Both the position numbers and the translations under genes were made by a program. From contig CM060734.1 in assembly GCA_030704615.1 (NCBI GenBank), forward strand, positions 34,038,001 to 34,102,000: a stretch of DNA of 64,000 bases. The letters are read 5' to 3'. The notes under the pieces were generated by a model. It was given only the letters and a program-made list of their open reading frames with translations, was not told the origin of the DNA and searched no databases. This DNA comes from Takakia lepidozioides (lineage: Eukaryota > Plantae > Bryophyta). How positions within the stretch are numbered: the stretch's first letter is position 1; each line of letters starts with the position of its first letter. Shown here piece by piece: positions 12,711 to 25,530 of this stretch.

Positions 12711-15650
12711 ATGCACATAAAACATTAGTTATTTCAAAGGTTTGTAGAAAGCAGGTTAGTGTGGTGGTTAAGGGCAATGAATTATATATTTGTATAATTG
12801 TTCTTTCTGAAAATTTCCTAAGTCCATGTTCTTCTGCGGTGGCGGACCTTCCAGCGGACTGGGTGAGTCCAGAGTGGATCCTCTAGCAGACTTACAGAGT
12901 GGACTAGACTGCAGAGTGGACCTTCTCGAGCCCGGTGGACCCTCCAGCAGACTCTCTAGAACAGACTAGACTATCCAATGGACCCTTGGGGCGGACCCGG
13001 TGGGTGGGCGCTGGGCTTACGAGCTGACCCCATGGGCCGTACTGGTGGGGCCCATAAGGCGCATTGAAGACAATATTATCTTAAAATGAGAGGTTTTTTT
13101 AGGAGCACATTTTGCAGCAAATACCACTACCTTCCTACCAAACTTCAAAAAATGTCGGGTTATTTTTTTGTGGCTCCTTTGTCAAGGCGAGCATAGGCAG
13201 CAAAAACTTCACTTGTTAATTTGCTACAATCTCAATCCATTGAATTTGGAAATTTGCAATGGCGAGTGAGTGGGGTATTATGCTGGCCTCTCATTTTAAA
13301 TTATTAGGGTCTTCAATGCAAGCATGTCATGAGGGCCAAGGCGGGGATCGCATGCCCGCGTCCCTCCACCCACACTCACCTAGCACGGGCCAAACTGTGG
13401 GCCCCACGGTGCGGTCGGTCCCACCCCTCCTACACAGCCGTTGGGCCTCCGCGGCCCCCACCCTCACCCCCCCCTTCCCCCGCCCCTCCCTCGTTGGACC
13501 CCCGCGCCATCTCGGGTCTGTTGGATCAACTTGGACCCGCCCTGCCATATTGATTGGATCCCTCCAGCACCTTGATTGTCTCTCGGATCCCCTACAGGGT
13601 CCATGAATTCCCCTCACGTAGCTCTAAAAGTTGGACCCCCTCGTTGGACCCCCACGCCATGTTGGGTCTATTGGACCCCCATGTCTGCCATGTCGGTTGG
13701 ATCCCTCCGACACATGGCTCACCTGGCTCCTGGATCCCCGTGCAGGGTGCATGAATTCCCTTGCCTGCGGCACCGTCAATTGGACCCCGCTCGTTGGAAC
13801 CCCTATACCAGGTCGAATCTGTTGGACCCCGTCATCGTTTGTTGGACCTCTTGCCTGCTATGTTGTCTGACTCTCAGATCCCCCTGTAGGGTATGCTTTC
13901 CGCAACATCTGGCCCATCCAAATGAAAGGCATCGCAACCATCTATTTCTAGGGCATCGACATGTCCATCGAAGCAAATTCAGCCGCATGCCACCATGCGC
14001 GCTTCTTCGAGGCTTCTTCTAGCTGAAAATGTGCATCTTGTTTCTCCATTGCGCTTCCCTTGTAGGTTCTGGAGCATATGTTGTACTGTACATTTTCATG
14101 GAACAAACCACAGGCGATGACAAATTTGAAAGCAAAAGTCCTCATATTCTGCCTCTTCGCTAATGTTTGCAAACACCAAAGGAGGGGCCATTTAACAGTA
14201 AGAATCTCCATTGGAAGACTGAAACCCATCATGGGGGGGGGGATCAAGTGCATGTTCAAAAGGCGTGCATACTGTGGAATAGAGTGGAGGACTTTGTACT
14301 TGGAGAGGAGAGTTCAGATAAGTGTCATACTCGGTAGTTTAACATTCATGCGCACGTGAATCTTCAACCTAGAATGCGGAGAGCTCCAAGAGCAAACACA
14401 TTCTAGTATCACGATATGTGCACCTTTATCACATCAGTCACTTGCTCATTAGGTTGTTTTTATGTGTGTTTTGATATAAACATGGTACATACTTTGCTTG
14501 CATGATTCTACAACACCATGGATATCAAGTGTATATTTCATGCCTAGGTTCCATTGCTACTATAGTCCGGAGGACAAGCGTACCTGCAACAAAGTCGATG
14601 TGACAGATCCTAAAGTGAAGCGTGGATGACCTAATATAGTGGCTGGAACAAGCAACCTTCATAAAGGCCCAAGGAAAAAAAATCTACATATGGGGAGTCA
14701 TACAAGCGCGGTTGTCAGTGTTCTTTCAAGGTCCAACAATGCTATCTCACTCCTGACATTTACATTATCACATACTACATTGTACAACTCCATGGAGCAT
14801 CTTGATCTTCAAGGAAAGCTGTCACATGGTAGTTATGTAAACTTCCGAAGCACACAATAACCCTATGCTCCACGTATTAGTAGAGCTCAAAATGTGGATC
14901 ATGGAATGTTTGTGCCGCGGTTTGTTGGTGACTTAAATCATGATGGAACATAAAGAGTATGTCATGAAGAACACAAGATTGGGAGATGCATGGACACATG
15001 ATGATTTCCTGCTTAAACAAGATGTGTGGAACCTTGCTAAGAAACGAGCTACCTGGCAGACCTTCAGAAAACACAATAACGATGCCCAAAGTGTCCGGAT
15101 GTGGAAAGATCAAAATCCCAAAGCCATGTTTTTCTATCAAGATGAGACATTGGTGCCAACTTTCCAACATTACAATGGAGACTTTCAGACATTCATTATT
15201 GAAACAGAGTGGCAGAATCAAAAAATGTTGGAATTAGGCCACGCATGGAATGTTGCATGCGATTTAACTTTTGGAACAAATCATCACAAGGTCTGCTTCC
15301 TGACCTTCTTCATGTACCTTCCAATTAATGTTCATAGACCTTGGGCGGACCCTTCAGTAGACCCTCCATGACCAGTAATTCGCTTGACACATTGTCTTCC
15401 TACAATAATTGCGATTTGCACCATCCATGTGCATGCCAACACTTTCTATATCTACACGTTGATAGTATTTGACAAGTGGTTAAACGACATTCCGGTGGCA
15501 TATGTCATGTTAGTGCAGAATCAAACCACATACCTCATCCCTTGGATAGCAGCCTTGGGTGATACCATCTTTACATATAGGCCGAAAATGGCGACCCAAG
15601 ACTGCATTGTGGACGATGTCGAAGCAGAATTCAATGCGATTCAGTAAGTC
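12705..15650 (+). mobile_element. Longer, right-truncated copy of the same element carrying a decayed transposase-like gene
   Basis: First ~1 kb duplicates 11208-12230, continues through GGACCC/GGATCC-rich repeats into the MULE/SWIM-like pseudogene; right boundary uncertain. Confidence 0.55.
14200..15645 (+). pseudogene. MULE/SWIM-family transposase-like gene (resembles the Arabidopsis At4g13970/At1g60560 family), multi-exon, decayed
   Basis: ILWNRVEDFVLGEE, RFHCYYSPED, HNNDAQSVRMWKDQNP..FFYQ, ACDLTFGTNHHK, YTLIVFDKWLNDIPVAYV, CIVDDVEAEFNAI; family match is from recalled motifs. Confidence 0.75.
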
Positions 15651-16189
15651 TCATGCTCATAAAATGAACATGACGTCCATTTGTACAGTCGACTTATGGG
15701 GTCCCATGACAGAGTACGTTATTAGGGTCCAACGTTGAAGTCCACATTTTAATGATGCACGGGGTCGGACAATAGGACTCGTCACTAGTGTCCTTATTAT
15801 AGGTCCACCACTAAAGGTATACATGTATTATAGGTTCATTGGTTGCCCATTGAATATGAAGATACATATATAGGTACATTTTTATTTTCTGATCGTTTTT
15901 TATCCTTAAGGCAGTTTCGGCATTGTACTGCCAAAATGAAACAATATGTTAGTTATTTGAGAATCGCTGATAAAGTTAGGAATTTAGTTAGTGTTTAAGA
16001 CGACCATGTAGAGGAATTGTGGGGTCAAGATGACCGTAAAAAACTGCATTGACGACTTATTAGGCTGCCAATATTTGACAAGTTGGATCTGTTCAAACAT
16101 ACGAGACGATTGCTTGATTCCGGATTGTGATCTATTTGATCTCCCTTTTCTCTTGCACTAGAACAGATTGTGGCTATTACATCTGTCAC

Positions 16190-17039
16190 TTTTGGCTAGT
16201 CATGGCATATTTGTCTGCAAATTGCAGTCGTCAATGCCAATGGAGCTACCCAGAAGTCATATATTTGACTACGTGACTTCTCGATCTACGGATTTGCGGT
16301 CAAACACAGTTGACCAGATGCATTGAGATGGTTGATGGAGTCAGTCCAACACTATACTAAGATGGCGGAAGCATTCCAATGTATGACTGCGTGACTGCAT
16401 GACTACACGTGTGGAATGTGAGATGGTACATATGACTAATAGTCATATACATGTCTATGAATAGATGACATGTCATAGTCATGTATTAGTACATATCTAC
16501 ATGACTGTGACTGTGATACGGTATATATGACAATAGTCATATATTGACTATGATTAGACGTGTCAAAAGCCTTTAAATTTCAAATTTTGTTATGGTTATT
16601 TAAAATCAAACCACCTACGTAGTGTATATATATCTAATAGGTGTGTTGGTTAGTGTATGGTAACTTAGTGATGTTATAATGCGGAGATCTTAGATGTAAA
16701 TATGTATTGTCTAGTAATGTGTGGGATTGTGTAGGGTGTAGGGTCAATGGTCAATGCACAATTCAAATTTTGAGTCACCAAAATTCAAATTTCGAATTTG
16801 AATTTGAATTTGTTAAAATTTTTGTGATTTTTGATTATTATTTTTAAATTATATGCTTAGAGATCTTATGACTACCGCGTTATCGCCACGTCAAATTGAT
16901 ATGGACTACTGGAGTCATAGATTGCAGTCATGATCTATGACTATGAAGAGGCATCAGGTGTCACGTCAACAGTTAGCACTGCGACTGACGCTTATGACTT
17001 GTGTATCACAACTAACAGGGTTTTTTTCACTTGGTAGTC
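16190..17039. repeat. Subterminal-repeat region (TGACTA/TAGTCA motifs), possibly a degenerate CACTA end
   Basis: Dense ATGACT/AGTCAT motifs in both orientations around an AT-rich core; ends TTTTTTTCACTTGGTAGTC (TAGTC instead of TAGTG). Confidence 0.35.
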
Positions 17040-18009
17040 ATGAAGTCATAAATGGCTGATATTACTACAAAACAACAGTCGTAAAGCTAGAATTTGTTGT
17101 AAGGTTGTCCAGTATATCCACACCCTGATATGACTACGTAATTTTAGTATTAGTTTTGTACGTTGTTGAAATATCGTACAATGTTCAGCAAGATGTTGCA
17201 TCGGAACAACGACGAGTCGGGACGATTTCGGAGCAAGGCGTAGGCGACCCGATGGTGCAGAATTAATTGGAGATGACTCCCAAGATCTATGATTCAGTGG
17301 CAAGGTCAAAGACCCCAGGGACACCACCATTAGGATATTTTTTCAAGGAATTAACAAACTTCCTATACGATGGATAAAAGAAGAACGGCGTTTGGAAAGG
17401 GTTTTGAGCTCTGATAGTCTTGAGAATTATGGAGACTATTGCGGGGTACCTATAATTTGTCACCAAGTTTGGTGAATTATGGTTAAGGTTAACAACGGCA
17501 CCGAGTTTTAAGGCTTTCCATCTTATTTACTCAATTTGGAGTAATCCATAAATTTTTAGCAGGATCTCAAAAATGAAAACCAAGTTAAGTGGGTATATTG
17601 TGAGTCCTGGGGCTATTCACCAAAAATTACGTCAAACGGTTTCATATGACCAAGATATGGCGCCCAAACAGACATTAGATAATCTAATTTGGATCACCAT
17701 AAACTTTAAAATGAAGTCTCAATGCAAAGTAGATGTTAACACTACCTATATTCATTTCAATAATGTGAAATCCACAAGTACCACACAGGACAAGGTAGTA
17801 GGATTTGAGCCCTAAACTATTGTGGAGTGACACACCATGTAAAAGGGTCAAAACATTCAAAAAATTCAAGGTTCAAAACGTTCAAAAGGTTGGCAATTAG
17901 GTGTGACACGATTAAGTTGGGACCTCGAGCGTTTTCATCTTCCTTCCTAGTGCAAAGGCCTTGGGGCAATAGTTTGATCTAGGGACAAAACTATGAGGTG
18001 TCTTCCTAT

Positions 18010-18385
18010 TATTGTCAAGTGCTTTCATAACCTGGCACTAGCCCTAAAAAAGCGCAAAGAGGTCCATGGCAATGTCATAATATTCACTCCGACAGGTGTT
18101 CTAAGGATTTAGAAATTTTGAATTGAAAGCTGATGGCCGTACAAAGGTGCAGGGAAGGAATGAACCCAACCACGTACAATGTATGTTTACAATGCGTATG
18201 CACTAGCCCTAGAAAAGCAAAGAGGTCCATGGCGATATCATCAAAGCCGAGACACGGGATGGAGGCTTTGGAGACCTATCAACAAATGATGCAAAAAAGT
18301 TGAAGCTGCCTGACCACATTGCATGTTTGCGTTTACAATGCTTGTGCGAGTCTGGCAACCCTAGAAAAGAGCAATGAGGTCCAAC
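18010..18385 (+). pseudogene. Decayed PLS-class PPR fragments
   Basis: EALETYQQMMQK..LPDH, NACASLATLEK..EV and repeated GAGGTCCATGGC (EVHG) motifs. Confidence 0.6.
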
Positions 18386-18449
18386 TCCCTGAAGGTAGGC
18401 TCTTCCCCTGGTGTACTCATGAGATGTTGTTTGCAGTACCTAAGCCTGT

Positions 18450-18870
18450 GACCATTGACCCCGCGCCCAGTTTGAGCGGAACTCCCACTCTCGGCACTAG
18501 ACTGAATTTTAAACTCAAGGCAGGAAGCCAACCTTTGAACGAACAGATGCAGCGAGGAAAGGGGGATTGCAAATGCCAGTTGTGTGGGAACCTTAGGACA
18601 ATATCCACTTTTCTGATTCATTGTCCTGGGTACTCTCACCATAGAGACACCCTCTTCAAATCCATCAAGATTTGTTCAAGTACCTATGTTTGCCAACTTG
18701 GAAAATCTTCAGGTTGAGCCAAAAGCCCAGGCCCTTTTAGCGTCTAATTATTGGGCAAATCACACACAGCATATTGATGCTTGTGTGAAGGGATTTCTAG
18801 AGGATATGTGAAAACCTCAGATCAATTGTTTGTTCGAAGGTAAGTCACACTGCCGGCGTCAGCCCCTAAT
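18450..18870 (+). mobile_element. Non-LTR retrotransposon (LINE) 3' fragment with C-terminal CCHC domain
   Basis: GTRLNFKLKAG...CQLC...FLIHCPGYSHHR resembles the LINE ORF2 C-terminal zinc motif; interrupts PPR debris. Confidence 0.55.
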
Positions 18871-19289
18871 AAATGTAGTTTTTTTCTCTTTACTTTGAGG
18901 TCATCCATGATGGCCTCACCATATATGAAACAAGTTCAGAGAAGTTTTCTGCCTAACTTCATTTTCATCATACAATTTTTTGGCAACAAACATGGCTTTA
19001 AAGGACACTACAGCCTCTAAGTTAGATTTATCCAGTAGGGTCAAGACTTGCGGATTTAAATTCAGATCCTTGAAAATCTCTTCTACCAGTCTTCCGCCTT
19101 TGTGCAAAGCCTAGCATTTCTTATTATGATTTGCAAGCCAACCAACTGAACCTAGAAGATGCAAAGGGAGTATTCCACAATATATCGACACACAAGTGTT
19201 TAGTGGCATCTTCAAACTAGCTGCTTTATGACAGAATGTCCGTGCTGGAATTGTGCTTTATGACAGAATGTCCATGCTGGAATTGTGCT

Positions 19290-19580
19290 TCATGTCATTC
19301 TGAACGCTGCTATGTGTGAACATGTATGTCAAATGTGGGTGGAGCAAGGATGCGAAGGGACTGTTCAACAATAACCGGATGTGGTGCCTTGGAGTGCCAT
19401 GATTGCAGGATATGCGCAACAGTGGGGGACGGAGGCTTTGGAGACCTATGACGAAATGATGTGGCAAGGGATTCAGCCCAACCACATCACATTTGTCTGT
19501 ATTTGTTTGCATGTGTCTGCAAGCCGAGCAGCCCTGGAAAATGGAAAAGAGGTCCATGTTGACATTGTCAAAGTTGAAAG
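19290..19580 (+). pseudogene. PLS-class PPR gene fragment
   Basis: VNMYVKCG...A..LF, DVVPWSAMIAGYAQQ.G.EALETYDEMMWQGIQPNHITFVC...AALENGKEVH.DIVK. Confidence 0.85.
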
Positions 19581-20349
19581 ATGCTTTCCAGTCCTTCCGG
19601 GTCGTTGACGGGAGTGAGGCGAAAAAAGATCATAACATAGCAATGAGCATCCGAGAATTATGGTTGCTGCTGATCAGTAGACCTAAAGTTTTGTATCCAC
19701 AGTAGGAGTGTAGAATGATTAACTACATGAATACAAAACACTTTTGCATGGGATAGGATCACTCAAGATCTTAGGTTTTTCTGACCACTGTTTGATCTAA
19801 CTAGTGCCGTTCATCCCAATGGTTCTTGAAGACGTTTCGTCCTTCCAGTTCTTGGTACATCTAGTTCTTAGTGTACTTAGGAAGCTAGTGTTGATCTTCA
19901 AGAGTGAGATAGATACTCTCTGCAGGAGTTTTCTCTGCCGATGGTTGTTTTGATCACATATGCATATAGATCAAAGAATACATTCGATATATCTGAGAAC
20001 AATTTACTCGTTGATAACTTCGCCATCATAGATGCCTGATATACTAAGCAATAACCAAAAGCAAGCATCTACAGTATACATCAGACGTCAGGTGCCCTAA
20101 ACTTCAACACATTCCACTGTTCCATGATACTGGTCATTATACTGGCGTGTGAGAATTCTCATGTGACTTTATTGCTGTTGTGTGAGTCACATATAGTCGG
20201 AAAACAGGTTGAGCTGATTCACATATCTTTCTATACATGAGAACTTTGGTGCAGATGCAAAGATCCACATTAGCATTTGTTGCATGATCGGCAGGATGGT
20301 ACCTAGTGTAAGCACTGGGAGAGATCATGCACCTTGACAATATTAGAGG

Positions 20350-23344
20350 TTAGATTCTTTCACACTCGTGTGTCTCTTCTATAGATACCTGGTCCATGTC
20401 ATCAGAAAATAATGATAAGTTGAGAGTCTCTGGTCGGAAGGAGTCATGCTTCACTGAGGGGAGCTTCGCTGGAACGTTTGTAGATCCACTCAGCATTTGC
20501 CACACCTCGCGCATTGTAGGTCGAAGAGGCAGAATCCTGTGTGCACAGTCTGGCCACTTTGGCCATGTCCAAGGCCTCCTTCTCAACGACCTCACCTACT
20601 AGCTTGGGATCCACAAGCTTGAGTAGATCTTCAGGCTCCTCACCCACTTGATTCGCCCAATTCATCAGCACAATTTGTTCGGATGGAAGTGAAATGTCTA
20701 AGACTTTCCGACCGCTCAGGAGTTCGAACAGCACAACTCCGAAACTGAACACATCAATCTTCTCCGATATCTGTGAACAAGTCACATACTCTGGAACAAG
20801 TTCATGAACAAGACGATCAATGACAAAAATCTATAGTGGCTCTGAACTGATATTAGTCTGACCTAAATGAGTTCAACCACTAGAATTCATCATGTAACAG
20901 GTCTCTCACAGCAAATATATGTACAATAGGTCGAAGTCTTGTCCCAAGTCTGGAAGTCTTGAAGTCGGTGGCAAGTGCCTTTCAAGCATCCCTAGATACA
21001 TTTAATAGAACATTTGATCATCTGTACTGGTAAGCTTTGAAAAACATACAATGACACTGATCTAGCTGCTCATGCACATGTAGTAGCAAACAGCGAAAAT
21101 GATTTTAGTCAGTATATGAGGCTCTACCTGGTGCGAGATAGCCCACCGTCCCCTCTATGTTAGTTGTCGAGATGTGCGAAACCATGTCATCGCACACAAG
21201 CCTTGAAAGTCCGAAATCAGCAATGCGTGGATTGTTGTCGGCATCCAGGAGGATGTTTCCCGGCTTCATATCACAATGAATAATGCGGTGCTTCAACTCA
21301 TGATGCAAATATGCAAGGCCACACGCTGTTCCAATGGCGATGTTGCGACGCGATTCCCATTCCAGCACATGCCCTTCATTCCTATGCAAAAGATCTGACA
21401 AGCTTCCATTGGGCATGTGTTCGCACACCAAAAGTGGGAACTCGGTATCAATGCAGCAACCCCGTAACATGAGCAAGTTGCGATGTTGCACAGAGCTAAG
21501 GATTGTCATCTCCCTCTTGAAGGAGACTTTGCTTTTATGGCACTTTTGGGTGAGTTGCTTGATGGCTACAACAGACTTGTCTCTCAGCACCCCTCGATAT
21601 ACCGTACCAAACCCTCCTCGGCCAATGATGTTGGCGTCACTGAAATCATCTGTAGCATCCTGGAGCTCCTTATAAGAGTAGAAAGCAGACCGGTTGAAGT
21701 CATCTGAAAGGAGACCGTCGGGGTCCGCTTGTGCACCACCGAATCCGGATCCTTGCTGATCTTTTCTCTTCCAGATAAAAGCCACTAGCCGCGACAGAGC
21801 AACAAAAACAGCAACAGCTCCCAGAGTTGCTCCAATGTACTCCTTCCATTTTGTTTTGCGTCGATGGCGCTGCAGCAGCTCTACAGAGATACCTGACACC
21901 ATTGGCCCCGTCGCATTTGCAAGGTATCCTACGTTAGGATAATTTATCCAGCGTCCTAAGTTACCGGCATAAAGAAACTCAATTTTCAAGAGCCCATCTG
22001 TCACATCCACCTGCACGACCTTTCTGAAAGCTACACAGCTGCCTACTTCTTTTACCACATCTAGTTTCGAAAGAACGAGATTTCCTTGTACCATCACATC
22101 AAAAACACGGTAGCGCGCTGGAAGCTGGGTGAAGACAATCTCTGCAAAGTAGAGACTGACATTATACGTTCCGCTTCGCATGTTGATGCCATAGTAAGCC
22201 ATGTAGACTGGAGCCCATCGCATGGATCGAAAGATCTCCATTTCGTCCGCAGAAACGTTTGAAATTGCTCTTGCAACCGGACCCACCGTGCTGCTTGGAT
22301 AGTCTGGCTTGTCGCTGGAAACTTGCAAGGCCCAGGTGTTAGTTGGATCAACCATCATACCTGTAGATTTGTCAAACGATATTAAATCCGGCTGGAATGT
22401 AACTTTATCGCTATTTGTGACAGAGCTGTAATCACCGACATTAATTGCAAACTGAGAATTATCCCCTGGTGAAGACTGAAAGCCTGACAATACGCTTGAG
22501 TTCGGAATGGGGGTACTGCATGAGTTGAAGAGGGTGTTGTTTGCTATGCGCAAGCTCGAAGCAAGATCACTGGCGCCAGAGCCGAAGCAGTTGAAGGAGA
22601 AATCCGCCTGCAAGTTCGTGGTGTTCCAAGATGCTTTCTTGGTGAAATCCAGAGATCCTGATAGAGAATTGTGAGAGACATCCAGTATGTTTAGGTTAGA
22701 GAGATTAGCACCAATACTATCGGGGATACCACCACTCAAGTTATTGTGACTCAGAGACATAACCTGCAGTCTCGAAAGATTTCCAAGAGATAGAGGGATG
22801 ATTCCTGAAAGATTATTGAAACAGAGAAATAGAGTTGTCAAGTTGGGATTGTTGGTGCCAAACTGTGGTATCTGGTCTGAGAAGTTGTTCCTTGCCAAGA
22901 ACAACTCAGCAAGTGCAGGCATTTCCTCCAAAACAGCTATCCCACCGGAAAGGTTGCTGTTGTCAAGCCTCAAGCTCCATACATCGGTGAGTTTCCGGAA
23001 TGTGCTGGGGATGGGGCCACTGAAGCCATTCGTCAAGGTGCAGCTCCTGGAGAAGGGTTAGACTACCCAACTCTGAAGGTATGAGCCCCGACAAATTGTT
23101 GTTTGACAAGTGAAGTTGCTGAAGGCTGGTCAAGTTTGCAAAGGCTGCAGTGGGAATGACACCCTCCAGCAGGTTGACGTCGAGCCAAAGTATTTTGATC
23201 CACATCCGACGAATTCAACTGCAAGACCAACTGAATGTCCTGAAGAGCGCTTAGTTCGCCAGCGGCTAAAAAGCCGGCTTCCACCAAAGATCTTGGCGGC
23301 AGAAGACAACCGATCCATACACAAAGAGTCATGTTAGTCCACAT
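20350..23344 (-). pseudogene. LRR-malectin receptor-like kinase (LRR-VIII-like architecture), non-RD, three apparent frameshifts
   Basis: Signal-like N-terminus, plant LRRs (LxxLxLxxNxLSGxIP), malectin (YNVSLYFAEI, RVFDV, GPMVSGI), TM, kinase (GRGGFGTVY, VAIK, HCDMKPGN, DFG, GYLAP|EY); intron 20791-21127; frameshifts near 23200, 23035 and 20525. Confidence 0.9.
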
Positions 23345-23408
23345 GGTTACAAGAACAAACTTTAGCTGTGCTATTATTGTTGTATAGCTGGAAATTTCGG
23401 AGGTGACA

Positions 23409-24805
23409 CTAACAAAACCCAGAGAACAATATTGTTTTCACCAACCATTCAGGCCATTGCCCCACCAGATCCTCTTTCTGAACCACCTCATCCTCCACAG
23501 GTGCTGCAGCGTCCTTATATTCTACCCTTGGTACCTCCGTCACAGGTATTACATGCACAGCAGGGATTTCCCTGGACAAACTTTGCACCTCTGGAACCAC
23601 TGATTCCCTTACCAAGCCAGAGTTTACATAGAGAAGTTCACCCTTCTCAATTTCTGCCACGACCTGCTCTGTAGTGGGAATGTCCAACCTTTCTCCGTCC
23701 AGAGCAATTGGGGGTGGTGTCACAGCATGTTCTAACTGTGGAACCTCTGAGACAACTGAGTCAACTGGCTGTGATGGCTGTGGTACCGAAGTGACTTCTT
23801 CTTCCCTCTCCGAAGGCCGTGCTTCCAATAATAACAGCCCTTTGTGCTGCTGTGCCTCATCCTGCACAAGAGCTTGGGAAACATCATCTTGCGGTTTCCG
23901 TGAAGCCAACGGATCCGCCACTACAGTCATACCCCGCTTCTGTCTCTTAGACTGGTGTTGCCCTGCCAGTCCACCCTCACTATGTGAAGAGCCCTGCTCT
24001 TCAATTGCAGTGGTTACTGCCTCAAACACTCCCATCTCCTTACGTTCCCGAGTATTAAGTATGCAAGAGTCAAGAATGATTTGGGCAATAACTGGACCAG
24101 ACACAATGATCAGAGACTTAGCAGCAGTGCCCTGTAATCTCTTCATTTCTTCCACCAGACCATTGTACATTAACTCTGCCCAAGCTACATCCTCTCCCCT
24201 CAAAGCTTTCAGGATCTCCTCTGTGAATGACCTGCTCAAATATTGTTGGTTCTGTTTCATGGCAAACAGAACATTCAATATTTGGCCGACTTCTCTGAGC
24301 CCTGCGTACTCGGCTTTGGTACAAGCGTAACCTTGAGTATTAAAGAAACTCCCTTCTTGGAACAAATTCCCTATCTGCAATCTTGCCCTGTGCTCATCCA
24401 CATCTACATGACCCAATGGCAAATCAAACAATTGCTGCAAGTACTGGGGAGTAATTTCTATATCTACTCCCCTCACCTGGGTAACTCCCGTCCGAGGCTC
24501 AAAGTTCTGAAGAAGAAATTGAATCAATACTGCCGATGATGCAAGGACCAGTCCTTGCGTAGCAGCCCCTCCAATCGCAACTCCCTCAGCAGCTGCACTG
24601 CCTGCGGTGTAGCAATTGTTTGCTTCTGCATAATCGTGGTGCTCTTCACCCTGATATCCTCCATTCCCCTCACTCTCTTCATTCTAGCCAAACAAAAAGG
24701 CCTTGTTTGAAACAGCTGAAGAAAAGCTTGCAGGGCACAGAGCATAAAGGTATGGTTGGCATAGAATGGAACAGGTAAGTGCGTGTAAGCCTGTGGGGCT
24801 TGCAA
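23409..24805 (-). pseudogene. Extra 3' ORF of copy A (Athila/Tat-type accessory 'plant transposon protein' domain)
   Basis: VRGVDIEITPQYLQQLFDLP motif; homologous frames at 36.4-38.1, 41.0-41.7 and 50.7-52.1 kb. Confidence 0.7.
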
Positions 24806-25530
24806 GTATCGAGTGAGAGAAAATGTACTCTCAATTCGTCCGTCTTTGCGCCACTACGTGAGAAGTAAAGCGAGCGTATAATCCGTTACATCCGCCATAG
24901 CTACAAAGCTAGTGCTTTGATTGCCCCTCCCGTCGAGACACTGGCTATTCGGAGCCACCCCGACTCTTCCGCTCATAACACTTCCAATTTCTTGTTCTTG
25001 TTTCTTGGAGGGAACCACCTGCATGAAATTCTCACTCCTGATGGCTGTTGCTTGCTTAGGTAACTTCTTAATTCCACCCCCCTCCGTGGACATTCCCACC
25101 TAGAATGTCCAGTAAGACAGCACATGCGGCATAAGTCCCTATTTTCTGTACTCGGAAAGGGTTTTGTTACCCCTGCCCTGAATGCATTAATGGGCCCACA
25201 AATAGTTTTAGCCGATGTACCGAGTAGGTACTTTGACGGCCCGATTTGTCTTCCTGCATGATGAGACCCACTCTTATAATCGATGCACTGCAGTATGCTT
25301 CGCCTTAGTGGCCACGTGTCCATTTTTAGATATGCCCCCGACTTCCCCTCTCCGCGTGGCATATTCTCCGAGTTTGACTTCCCAACTTCTTCTTCACTTG
25401 ATTGCCACTTTTCTGATGTTAACCCGCGTCCACCTGTCACTGACCCAATGGACTGTGTAACCCGCATGGGCTGTGTTGGGCTGTGACAGGTTGTGTCTAA
25501 CTGTGGTGAACTGTGATAGGTTGTGTGACG

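Noticed and set aside
19823-19865. Hammerhead-ribozyme-like motif on minus strand (…GGACGAAACGTCTTCAAG), reminiscent of Penelope-like elements
   Set aside because: The CUGANGA core is absent (CTAGATG) and stems I/III are not convincing
23409-24805. Calling the Gypsy 3' ORF a true envelope protein
   Set aside because: No signal peptide, clear transmembrane anchor or fusion motif is visible
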